From NCBI GenBank assembly GCA_045226015.1, contig JBGVBY010000013.1, forward strand, positions 147,922-211,921: a stretch of 64,000 nt of DNA, given 5' to 3'. Numbering within the stretch: the first letter of the stretch is position 1; each line of letters opens with the position of its first letter. Origin of the DNA: Bacilli bacterium. Lineage in GTDB: Bacteria > Bacillota_I > Bacilli_A > RFN20 > CAG-826. The notes below the pieces were generated by a model. It ran no database searches and was not told the origin of the DNA. It worked only from the letters and a program-made list of their open reading frames with translations. Shown one piece after another: positions 8,988-18,371 of this stretch. Made by a program: the position numbers and the translations under genes.

Positions 8988-10091
8988 ATGCAAAACTATG
9001 ATTTAGACAATTTCGAACCTGCCGCAAAGATTGTTGTCATCGGTGTTGGAGGCGCTGGAAATAACGCCGTCAATCGTATGATTGATGAAGAAATCAGTAA
9101 TGTTGATTTCTACGTTGCAAACACTGATAAACAAGCCTTAGCTACTTCTAAAAGTAAAAACCGTATTATTTTGGGTGAATCTTTAACTGGTGGACTTGGC
9201 GCTGGTGGTGAACCAGAAATGGGTGAACAAGCCGCTGAAGCAAGCGCTGATGATATTAGAGAAATCGTTAAAGACGCTAATATGGTTTTCGTTGCTGCTG
9301 GTATGGGAGGAGGAACCGGTACTGGTGCTGCTCCTGTTGTTGCGCGTATTGCTAAAGAAGCAGGCGCTTTAGTCGTTGCGATTGTTACTCGTCCATTCTC
9401 CTTTGAAGGAAAGAAAAGAACTGTCAATTCTATTGACGGTTTAAATAAACTTAAAAACGCTGTTGATAGCTTAATTGTTGTCAGTAATGACAAGCTCTTA
9501 ATGACTAGTGGAAACACCACAATTAGTGACGCTTTTAATCAATCTGATATGGTCCTTGCTAGATCCGTTAAGACCGTTGTTGATTTAATCCTACTTCCTG
9601 CAATTATCAACCTTGATTTTGCTGATGTTAGAAACACTCTTAAAGATAGTGGTGTTGGTTTAATTGGCTTTGGAACTGGTAGCGGACCAAATAGAGCAAA
9701 AGAGGCTGCAAGTAACGCAGTGAGTTCTCCTTTACTTGAAGCAAGCATTGCTGGAGCAAGAAGAGCGATCGTTGCTATCACTTGTGGTACACAAGTAAAT
9801 CTATTTGAAGCTCAAGAATGTGTTAACCTTCTTATTGATGCGGCTGGTAACAATATCGACATCAAATTTGGTATCACAATTAACGATCAATTAACTGATG
9901 AAATTCTCGTTAGTGTTATTGCGTCTGACTTTGAAAATGATGTTGATTTCACCGCTCAAACAGTGGCTACTCCAATCATTAACAAAGAACAAGATGAAGA
10001 AGTCAGTGAACTTGAAGACACTGTTAAACGTGAACACGAACGTTATCTTGAAGAAGATTCAATTATTCCTAACTTCTTAAAAGAAAAATAG
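8988..10091 (+). CDS. ftsZ: Cell division GTPase FtsZ
   Basis: GVGGAGNNAV motif and tubulin signature GGGTGTGAAPVVA. Confidence 0.97.
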   Translation: MQNYDLDNFEPAAKIVVIGVGGAGNNAVNRMIDEEISNVDFYVANTDKQALATSKSKNRIILGESLTGGLGAGGEPEMGEQAAEASADDIREIVKDANMVFVAAGMGGGTGTGAAPVVARIAKEAGALVVAIVTRPFSFEGKKRTVNSIDGLNKLKNAVDSLIVVSNDKLLMTSGNTTISDAFNQSDMVLARSVKTVVDLILLPAIINLDFADVRNTLKDSGVGLIGFGTGSGPNRAKEAASNAVSSPLLEASIAGARRAIVAITCGTQVNLFEAQECVNLLIDAAGNNIDIKFGITINDQLTDEILVSVIASDFENDVDFTAQTVATPIINKEQDEEVSELEDTVKREHERYLEEDSIIPNFLKEK

Positions 10092-10105
10092 AGATTAGAA
10101 ACAAT

Positions 10106-10134
10106 GAAAAAGAGCGATTTCGCTCTTTTTTTGT
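10106..10134 (+). terminator. Intrinsic terminator after ftsZ
   Basis: AAAAAGAGCG-ATTT-CGCTCTTTTTTT. Confidence 0.7.
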
Positions 10135-10179
10135 GCGTGTTTATGTGTAATAATATCTATGATATCGGAGGATTGTCCC

Positions 10180-13074
10180 ATGAAAAAGAACTCTCTAAAA
10201 GTATTTACTCTAGTCACGTCACTTTTATTTATTGCAGGATGTTCCTCTATTAGTGAAGGTTCTACTCCTAGCGTTCACGTTCATCATTTCGATGAGGAAT
10301 GGAGTTATGATAATAATCACCATTGGCATAGTTGTATATGTGGTGCTCAATCAGATTATGAGACCCACCATTTAAGTGATTGGGTTATCGACAGAGAAGC
10401 CACAATTTATGAAGATGGATTAAAACATCGTAGTTGTGACGTATGTGGTTACTATATTGAAGTTGTTATCGATAAATTAACTCCTTCTAACATTGAAAGA
10501 GTGTATGTTGCTACTGATACAGGATCAATGCTTCAAGGTAACACTAGGACCATTACTGCGGTTACATTCCCTAACGACGAAGAAAACAACTTGAAATATG
10601 TTTCAAGTGATGACACAATCCTCAGCGTTGAAGATGGAATCATGACTGGAAATAATGCGGGAACCGCTCTTATTACTGTCTATAACGATAATAACAGAAA
10701 CAATGTTTTTGATGATAACGAACCATTCGCTTATCTTTCTTATACCGTTAACGCTAGAGATTCTAGTAAAAGTGTTTCTCTTTCTGAGAGCTATCTCGAA
10801 CTTAAAGTTGATGAAGAGGTTGAGCTAACAATTAGTAAGAAAAATATTACCGCATCTTATTATTCATATTATGTTGAACATCCAGAACTTGTTTCTATTG
10901 TTCCAACTGGAAAGAACACTAACAAAGTTAGAGTTAAAGGACTTAGAAAAGGTGAGTCTTATGTTTCTGTATCATGTGATTCGTATGACGGAAGATGTAC
11001 AGTTCTTGTTACTGATAACGTTGATTCCCATGGTTTAAGAGCAGAAGCAGTGGAATTTGGAGAAAAAGCCATTGTTGTTAATGTTGGCGATACTTTTACT
11101 CCAGATGTTAACGTTTTGCCTTATGGAGCGATTGATGATTATACATTAATGTCTAAAGATTCAGGTTTATTAATTACTGGCAAATCCGTAACCGCTTGTT
11201 GCCCTGGAACATTCATATTAACTGCAAAAACTGAAAACGATAAAATTGGAACAACTAGAATAGTTGCTAAAGATAAATTCGAAAGTGAATCAATATATTA
11301 CGGTAACTACTATGGTGATTTAACTTGGGAAAATAGTGAAGACTTAAAAGCAAAACTTCACACCATTATTTCTACAGGTAAGACTAATCTACGTTTTGAA
11401 TCTTCACCAACAAACTGGGAAAGTAATTCTAACGCTGATGAATATATTTATGACAGTGCCTATGTCGATACCGTTTATTCTGAAAATCCAGTCTTAAAAA
11501 CTCAAACCACAACTGGTTGGCAAAGAGAACACGTTTTCGCTGCTTCATTAATGACTGGTTTAGACACAGACGATTCAACCGATAACTATAACAACTCTCC
11601 AATCATGCCTAGAGCTACAGATTTCCATAATCTTTACGCTGGTGCTACTAGTGGTAACACAAGTAGAGGAAAGAAGAATTTTGGCTACGCCGATAAAAAT
11701 AGCGACGCTTATACCGAAACTGATGACTATTCTTACGACAAGTACAATTTTGAGCCTAGTAATGAAGACAAAGGAAGAATTGCTCGTGCTATTTTCTATA
11801 TGGGTGTGATGTATAACCAAGATGTAGTAGCCCGTATCACTGAATCTGGGAAAACATTTGATATCACCACAAAAGGATTAACAATTACTGAAGACGTTGT
11901 TGCACTTTCTAACAGTAAACTTAGCGACTTCCTCAATCCTTCTGGAGAAAATGAAATCGCATTCGTAAATGCTTACAAAGACTATGTCAGCACTTTAGAT
12001 CCTGAAGTTGAAGGCGATGAACTTGCTGTTGCAGCGTATCAATATTACCGCAACGAATGTTCACCATATGCAATTGGCAACTTATCTGATTTACTTATGT
12101 GGAACTCCTATGGAGTTGACTTTAAGGAAATGCAACATAATAACTCTGTTTATTCCTATAACTGTTCCGCTGGAGGAGGAGTTCAAGGGAATAGAAATCC
12201 ATTTGTCGATTATCCAGAACTCGTTGAATATGTTTACGGTTCTTTAAAGGACACCGCCGGAAGTATTAAAGATTTAACTCCATCAATAGAGAAATTAGAA
12301 ATGGTTGATCCTAACGGAATTCACCATTATCAAAAAGACTCTACTAAATACATCGATTTCAACGTTGGTGAAGATTTTGATCCAAGTAAATGTTTCATAA
12401 GTGCGATTACTAATGACTTTAGGAAAGTAGTACCTGATTATTCTTTATTTGAATATGAAGAACATACATTTACTGACGCTGATGTTGATTCAGGATGGGA
12501 CACATCTATTGAAACTCCAGCAAATAATATTTCTCTTCATATTAACGTTATCGATAGTGGTCTAGCAGGACACGGAGGTAACTACTTAGAAGATTGTAAT
12601 TACTATTACATTCCTAAATACAAAAAAGGTATAGACGACTTAAGTGAAAGCAAAAACGTTACTAATATAACTGCTACTTGGGGTAGTCACATCTTTGATG
12701 TGTCTTTCAAAAACACTGTGTCAATTACTAACTCTAATACCGGCACTAGCGATGCTGATGGACATGGAGGAATTAAAATTGGTACAGGTACTGCTCCAGC
12801 AGGAGAAGCAACATTTATTTCTCAAGATATTTTTGAAGAAGTGCACGCTGTTTATTTCAATGCATCTGCAGCAAGTCAAAAGACTTATACTTACAAGATT
12901 TATATTGGAGATGAAGCAAATCCATCATTTACAGGCACAATCAAAGGAAACACACAAAACAAGTGTGGTGGAAAAGTGCTTGGAAAGAAAACCGGTAAAG
13001 TAAAGATTGAGATTACCGGTATTACCGCTGCCTTAGTTATTGATGGCATCGGTATTAACACCTACGATAAATAA
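10180..13074 (+). CDS. Surface lipoprotein: endonuclease I-family extracellular nuclease with Ig-like (Big_2-type) domains
   Basis: Lipoprotein signal peptide MKKNSLKVFTLVTSLLFIAGC, with a GGAGGA SD before the ATG at 10180. Endonuclease I motifs QREHVFAAS, FEPSNEDKGRIARAIFYM and GNRNPFVDYPELVEYVYG are present. The DxHHL box is altered to DFHNL. Confidence 0.7.
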   Translation: MKKNSLKVFTLVTSLLFIAGCSSISEGSTPSVHVHHFDEEWSYDNNHHWHSCICGAQSDYETHHLSDWVIDREATIYEDGLKHRSCDVCGYYIEVVIDKLTPSNIERVYVATDTGSMLQGNTRTITAVTFPNDEENNLKYVSSDDTILSVEDGIMTGNNAGTALITVYNDNNRNNVFDDNEPFAYLSYTVNARDSSKSVSLSESYLELKVDEEVELTISKKNITASYYSYYVEHPELVSIVPTGKNTNKVRVKGLRKGESYVSVSCDSYDGRCTVLVTDNVDSHGLRAEAVEFGEKAIVVNVGDTFTPDVNVLPYGAIDDYTLMSKDSGLLITGKSVTACCPGTFILTAKTENDKIGTTRIVAKDKFESESIYYGNYYGDLTWENSEDLKAKLHTIISTGKTNLRFESSPTNWESNSNADEYIYDSAYVDTVYSENPVLKTQTTTGWQREHVFAASLMTGLDTDDSTDNYNNSPIMPRATDFHNLYAGATSGNTSRGKKNFGYADKNSDAYTETDDYSYDKYNFEPSNEDKGRIARAIFYMGVMYNQDVVARITESGKTFDITTKGLTITEDVVALSNSKLSDFLNPSGENEIAFVNAYKDYVSTLDPEVEGDELAVAAYQYYRNECSPYAIGNLSDLLMWNSYGVDFKEMQHNNSVYSYNCSAGGGVQGNRNPFVDYPELVEYVYGSLKDTAGSIKDLTPSIEKLEMVDPNGIHHYQKDSTKYIDFNVGEDFDPSKCFISAITNDFRKVVPDYSLFEYEEHTFTDADVDSGWDTSIETPANNISLHINVIDSGLAGHGGNYLEDCNYYYIPKYKKGIDDLSESKNVTNITATWGSHIFDVSFKNTVSITNSNTGTSDADGHGGIKIGTGTAPAGEATFISQDIFEEVHAVYFNASAASQKTYTYKIYIGDEANPSFTGTIKGNTQNKCGGKVLGKKTGKVKIEITGITAALVIDGIGINTYDK

Positions 13075-13102
13075 TTTTTACGACATAGAAAGGAAGTAAC
13101 AT

Positions 13103-15847
13103 ATGGATTATAAAGATACGTTACTAATGAACAAATCCAATTTTGAAATGAGAGGAAATCTTAACCAAAAAGAACCTCTTCTCGTAGAAAAATGGAAGAA
13201 TGAGAATTTATATGAAGAGATGAATCTAAATCGTAAAGATGCGAAAGAATTTCTTCTTCATGATGGCCCACCATACGCTAATGGTGATATGCACTGTGGT
13301 CACATGCTTAATAGAATCTTAAAGGATTTTGTTGTCCGTTATAAAAACATGTGTGGATATAAAACCCCATTTGTTTTTGGTTGGGACACACATGGTCTTC
13401 CAATTGAAAATCAAGTCACTAAGAGTGGTGTTAATCGTAAGACCACCCCAATTGTTGAATTCCGTAAGAAATGTGAAGAATACGCTTATAAACAAGTTGA
13501 AAGACAAAAAGAACAAATTAGACGTTTAGGACTAGTGGGAGATTTTGATCATCCATATTTAACACTTCAAAAAGAATATGAAGCGATGCAAATCGATGTC
13601 TTCTCTAAGATGGCTCTTAAAGGTCTTATCTATAAAGGTTTAAAACCAGTTTATTGGTCTCCTAGCTCTGAATCTGCTTTAGCAGAGGCGGAAATTGAAT
13701 ACGCAGATGTCTTATCGCATTCAATCTATGTCGCGTTCCCTATTAAAGACGGCAAAGGCGTGATTGATAATGATGCGAGACTTGTTATTTGGACAACAAC
13801 TCCTTGGACATTACCTGCTAACTTAGCGATTTCTGCTCATCCAGATTTCATTTATGGAGAATATCAAACATCTAATAGAGGCAAGCTCGTCTTCCTAAAA
13901 GAATTTGAAGAAAATTTAACTAACGAACTCGGATTAGAAGATGTAAAACTTTTAAAAGAGTTCAAAGGTAGTGACCTCGATTTAGTGGTTTGTAAACACC
14001 CATTCTATGATCGTGATTCTTTAGTCATTAACGGTACTCATGTCACTAATGACGCTGGTACTGGCTTAGTCCATACTGCTCCAGGACACGGTGTTGAAGA
14101 CTATCAAGTGTGTTTAAAATATCCAGGACGTGGACTTGATCCATATTGTCCAGTTGATGAAAAAGGTTTTATGATGCCTGGAACAGGAGAAGGAATTGAA
14201 GGACTTTTCTATGAAAAGGCTAACGATGCGGTTCTTAAGATAATTGAAGAGAATGGTAGCTTACTTAAACATAGTACTTTCACTCACTCCTATCCTCACG
14301 ATTGGAGAACAGGTAAACCATTAATCTTTAGAGCGACTTCTCAATGGTTCTGTTCAATTGAGCCAATTAGAGATGAACTCATTAAAGTTATTCACGACAC
14401 CAAATGGTACCCAAGTTGGGGTGAAAACCGTATGGTTAATATGATTAAAGATAGAGGAGACTGGTGTATTTCCCGTCAAAGAGCGTGGGGCGTCCCAATT
14501 CCTATCTTCTATAACGAAGATGGTTCTCCAATTATTGAAGAAAAAGTCTTTGATCACGTTAAAGAATTATTTAAAGAACATGGAAGTAATATTTGGTACG
14601 AAAAGAGCGCTAAAGAGTTACTCCCTGAAGGATACACAAATCCACATTCTCCTAAAGGAGAATTCACCAAAGAAAACGACATCATGGATGTCTGGTTTGA
14701 TAGTGGTTCTTCTTGGAATGGATGTCTTGTTAATCGAGGATTAAAATATCCATCAGATTTATATTTAGAAGGTAACGACCAGTATCGTGGTTGGTTTAAT
14801 GCCTCTCTAATTGTTTCAGTTGCATGTAATCACGTTGCCCCATATAAAACAGTAACCACCCATGGTTGGGTTTTAGATGAACACGGTGAACAAATGCATA
14901 AATCCATAGGAAATGGTGTTGATCCAGTTAAGATTGCTAATATCTATGGAGCAGACATCCTTAGACTTTGGACCGCTAGTATTGATTATCAACAAGATGT
15001 ACGCATTGGCGAGAACTTGATCAAACAAGTTGCTGAACAATATCGTAAGATTAGAAACACTCTTAAGTTCATTTCTTGGAACTTAGTGGACTATGACGTA
15101 AATAACGAAGCTAAAGAATTCTCTTTAGTCGATAAATTCATTTTAGCAAAGCTAAATAGACTCGTTAGAATCTGCAAAACCAGCTTTGATAAATACGATT
15201 TCAGTAGCGCCACTATGGAAATCCTTAACTTCTGTTCTACAGAATTAAGCGCGTTCTATTTAGACATCTCTAAAGATAGCTTATATTGTGACGATAAGAA
15301 TTCAGTTAGAAGAAATCAAATTCAAACTGTTTTATATAAGGTTGGAGAAACTTTACTAAGAGTCCTTAATCCAATCCTTCCATTCACAATGGATGAATTT
15401 AATAGAAATCTTCCAGGTAAGAGAATAAGTAACGTTCAATTATTAGATTATCCATCTTATAGCGAATCCGAAGATAAAGAACTCTTTGAAGAATATGAAA
15501 GAATTATTTCTTTAAGAAAAGACGTTTTAAAGGCTTTAGAAGAAGCAAGAACCGATAAGGTAATTGGATCTTCTCAAGAAGCACTTATTTCTTTAGAAAT
15601 AACTGATAAAGATGTTAAAGCATCAGCGTCTAAATTATCATTAGAAGAACTCGCAACATTATTTGTCACTTCTGAAGTTGAATTAGTGGATAACTTATCC
15701 GCGAATCAATACGAAGTTAGTAAAGTGAAGATTAGCCGTCACACAGGTAATTTCTGCTCTAGATGTTGGAATTATTCTAAATTGGCTTTAGTGCAAGAAG
15801 ATGGTACCTTCTTATGCCCAAGATGTCAGAAAGTGATTCATAAATAA
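13103..15847 (+). CDS. ileS: Isoleucine--tRNA ligase
   Basis: HIGH-like motif PYANGDMHCGH, KMSKS-like motif QMHKSIGNG, and a C-terminal Zn finger CSRCW...CPRC. Confidence 0.97.
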   Translation: MDYKDTLLMNKSNFEMRGNLNQKEPLLVEKWKNENLYEEMNLNRKDAKEFLLHDGPPYANGDMHCGHMLNRILKDFVVRYKNMCGYKTPFVFGWDTHGLPIENQVTKSGVNRKTTPIVEFRKKCEEYAYKQVERQKEQIRRLGLVGDFDHPYLTLQKEYEAMQIDVFSKMALKGLIYKGLKPVYWSPSSESALAEAEIEYADVLSHSIYVAFPIKDGKGVIDNDARLVIWTTTPWTLPANLAISAHPDFIYGEYQTSNRGKLVFLKEFEENLTNELGLEDVKLLKEFKGSDLDLVVCKHPFYDRDSLVINGTHVTNDAGTGLVHTAPGHGVEDYQVCLKYPGRGLDPYCPVDEKGFMMPGTGEGIEGLFYEKANDAVLKIIEENGSLLKHSTFTHSYPHDWRTGKPLIFRATSQWFCSIEPIRDELIKVIHDTKWYPSWGENRMVNMIKDRGDWCISRQRAWGVPIPIFYNEDGSPIIEEKVFDHVKELFKEHGSNIWYEKSAKELLPEGYTNPHSPKGEFTKENDIMDVWFDSGSSWNGCLVNRGLKYPSDLYLEGNDQYRGWFNASLIVSVACNHVAPYKTVTTHGWVLDEHGEQMHKSIGNGVDPVKIANIYGADILRLWTASIDYQQDVRIGENLIKQVAEQYRKIRNTLKFISWNLVDYDVNNEAKEFSLVDKFILAKLNRLVRICKTSFDKYDFSSATMEILNFCSTELSAFYLDISKDSLYCDDKNSVRRNQIQTVLYKVGETLLRVLNPILPFTMDEFNRNLPGKRISNVQLLDYPSYSESEDKELFEEYERIISLRKDVLKALEEARTDKVIGSSQEALISLEITDKDVKASASKLSLEELATLFVTSEVELVDNLSANQYEVSKVKISRHTGNFCSRCWNYSKLALVQEDGTFLCPRCQKVIHK

Positions 15848-16500
15848 TGGAAAAGATAAAGAAATACGGTAAATGGTTCTTAGGATCATTTATCTGGATC
15901 GGAATATTAGTACTTGGATTAGATTTGTTATCTAAACTTTTAGTGGTCGCTAATAAAGACTATATCCAGGAAACTGGTGGAATAGTTTTGATTCCTAACT
16001 TTTTGCGTATCAATTACGTGATTAATAACAAGGTTGTATTCGGAATTGACCTCTTTAAAAACGACACAGCGAATCGTGCAGTGTTCTGCGTTGTGGCCTT
16101 ATTGATCTGTATCGGCATCATTTTCTACTTAATTAAAAAGTGGGATAAAACCGGTAAGATGATGAAAGGCTGCTTAATCGCGGTAGTTGCAGGCGCAATT
16201 GGTAACGTCATTGACCGTATTTTCTACACTCCAGAATTCTTGGGAGTTCCATATAACGGAGTAGTTGACTGGATTGATTTCTACGGCATTTGGGGATTCA
16301 ACTTTAATGTTGCCGACGCCGCTGTAGTAGTTTCAGCAATCCTATTAATTATTTATATGATTGTTACTGATTTAATCGAATACATTCAAATCCATAAAAA
16401 GGATAAAGCTGAAAATCCTAAAGAAGATAAAAAAGAAGAAAAAGTTCTTTCCAAAACTGAAAGAGAAAAGAACAAATATTTAGAAACCAAAGATGAATAA
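15847..16500 (+). CDS. lspA: Lipoprotein signal peptidase II
   Basis: Four TM segments and the FNVAD motif, with conserved ileS-lspA-rluD order. It has a K/E-rich C-terminal tail. Confidence 0.85.
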   Translation: MEKIKKYGKWFLGSFIWIGILVLGLDLLSKLLVVANKDYIQETGGIVLIPNFLRINYVINNKVVFGIDLFKNDTANRAVFCVVALLICIGIIFYLIKKWDKTGKMMKGCLIAVVAGAIGNVIDRIFYTPEFLGVPYNGVVDWIDFYGIWGFNFNVADAAVVVSAILLIIYMIVTDLIEYIQIHKKDKAENPKEDKKEEKVLSKTEREKNKYLETKDE

Positions 16501-17401
16501 ATATATCGTTAACATTGAAGAGTCTAATCAAAGATTAGATAAATACCTTTCTAATGTCATTAGTGATCTTTCACGTACTCACATCACTAAGCTAATTGAG
16601 GAAGGCAATGTTTTAGTTAACGGTAAATTGTCTAAAAGCTCATTAAAAGTTAAAGAAAACGATATCGTTGAAGTTAATATTCCTGAGAATAAAGAATTAA
16701 CGTTGGAGAAGGAAGATATACCATTAGATATTGTTTATGAGGATAAAGACATCTTAATTATCAACAAACCTCAAGGAATGGTGGTTCATCCATCTAACGG
16801 ACATAATGAGCATACTTTGGTGAACGCGATTTTATATCACTGCAAAGATCTTAGTGGTATCAATGGAGTTGTTCGACCTGGTATTGTTCATAGAATTGAT
16901 AAAGACACTAGTGGGTTAATATGCGTCGCTAAAAATGATAACGCTCACATTAAACTAGCGGAACAACTTAAAGACCACACAATGAGTAGAACCTACATCG
17001 CTTTAGTTAAGGGTGTCATTGTCGAGAATAGTGGAGAAATTAATCTCCCAATTGGAAGAGATCCAAACAATCGCCAAAAGATGGGGGTTACTCGTTCTAA
17101 TAGCAAAGAAGCAATTACTTACTTCAAAGTTTTGAAAAGATATAAAGACCACACACTTGTGGAGTGTCATTTAAAAACTGGAAGAACTCATCAAATTAGA
17201 GTTCATCTATCTTATATTGGCTATCCCGTTGAAGGAGATCCTTTATATTCTGGTAAAAAATATGATGCATTATATAAAAATGGGCAACTTTTAGTTGCCA
17301 CATCTTTAAAGCTTATACATCCTTCCTTTAATAAAGAGATGGAATTTCATATTGAACTCCCTTCTTATTTTGAAGAGATTTTGTCTCAGTTAGAGGAATA
17401 G
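16493..17401 (+). CDS. rluD: RluA-family 23S rRNA pseudouridine synthase (RluD-like)
   Basis: N-terminal S4 domain and catalytic HRIDKDTSGL motif. Confidence 0.9.
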   Translation: MNKYIVNIEESNQRLDKYLSNVISDLSRTHITKLIEEGNVLVNGKLSKSSLKVKENDIVEVNIPENKELTLEKEDIPLDIVYEDKDILIINKPQGMVVHPSNGHNEHTLVNAILYHCKDLSGINGVVRPGIVHRIDKDTSGLICVAKNDNAHIKLAEQLKDHTMSRTYIALVKGVIVENSGEINLPIGRDPNNRQKMGVTRSNSKEAITYFKVLKRYKDHTLVECHLKTGRTHQIRVHLSYIGYPVEGDPLYSGKKYDALYKNGQLLVATSLKLIHPSFNKEMEFHIELPSYFEEILSQLEE

Positions 17402-18288
17402 TTCTTAAAATTCTTTTTTACTAATCTGTCATATTCCTCTTGTCCGACTTTGTCTAAGAGGATTTTTTTAAATTCGTCGACTTTCTTGCCTGCTCCACAA
17501 GGGAATTCGAGCCCATATTTCTTTTCTAACTTCTCTTTTTCAAGTAAGAACGAATATCTAGCAATAACGCTTGCTAAAGCGACACTTGGGAAAAGTGATT
17601 CGCCTTTAGTCTTAAATGAGATACCTTTCACTACTGGCTCATTTTTATCGTTAAGGTAACGGTAATAGTGGTCTTCATTAACGAATTGATCAACGTATAT
17701 CGCATAGATGTCTTCATATTTCTTGTGAAGATTATATAGGGCACGATTATGCATTTTAGCCTTGAGGCTATTGAGATTTTCACCTTTAGCGACCATCTCA
17801 TTATATTTTTCGTTTGGTAGAGTTAATTTAGAATATTCGAACTCTTTCATGAGGAGTGGTCCGATTTCTTTGATTTTCTTATCAGTAATCTTTTTGCTAT
17901 CTGCAACTCCGAGTTCCACTAAACGATGGAATTTACCTCTAGGTAGATAAGCTGCAACGACAATCATTGGTAATAGGTAATCGCCAACACCGACTTCGTC
18001 GCTTCCAATTTGTTCATCGATATCAACATAGTGGAGTTTGACTTTTTCTTTAACGGGGATATCAAGTTTTTCTACCCATTTACTAGCTTCAGTTTCAGCG
18101 TAGTCTCCTTTAAAAGTGATAGATCTCTTACTTTTACTAGAAGAATAGCCAGTAATAGTGGTGTTATCTTTAACCGCAACAAAATCAACATAATCTCCAT
18201 TAGCAGGAATCATGTATTCGTTATAGGCTTCTTTAATATAATTAAATAAGTCGATATCAACTTTGATTGTGATTATTTTTTCACCCAT
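17386..18288 (-). CDS. rnhC: Ribonuclease HIII
   Basis: GSDEVGVGDY active-site motif, C-terminal SVALASVIAR, and a Bacillus-like location next to mutS2. Confidence 0.85.
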   Translation of the reverse strand: MGEKIITIKVDIDLFNYIKEAYNEYMIPANGDYVDFVAVKDNTTITGYSSSKSKRSITFKGDYAETEASKWVEKLDIPVKEKVKLHYVDIDEQIGSDEVGVGDYLLPMIVVAAYLPRGKFHRLVELGVADSKKITDKKIKEIGPLLMKEFEYSKLTLPNEKYNEMVAKGENLNSLKAKMHNRALYNLHKKYEDIYAIYVDQFVNEDHYYRYLNDKNEPVVKGISFKTKGESLFPSVALASVIARYSFLLEKEKLEKKYGLEFPCGAGKKVDEFKKILLDKVGQEEYDRLVKKNFKNYSSN

Positions 18289-18371
18289 ATTGATTAGTTT
18301 ACTAATGAATAGAAAAATAATAAAGATATTTTACGCTTATACCTAACCCTATTAGTGGTTTATACTAAGTA

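Noticed and set aside
9110-9781. Antisense ORFs of 136, 60 and 80 aa overlapping ftsZ
   Set aside because: These are Gly/Ala-codon mirror-frame artefacts inside a highly conserved gene. Similar antisense ORFs inside pheT, ileS, mutS2, uvrC and glmM were likewise discarded.
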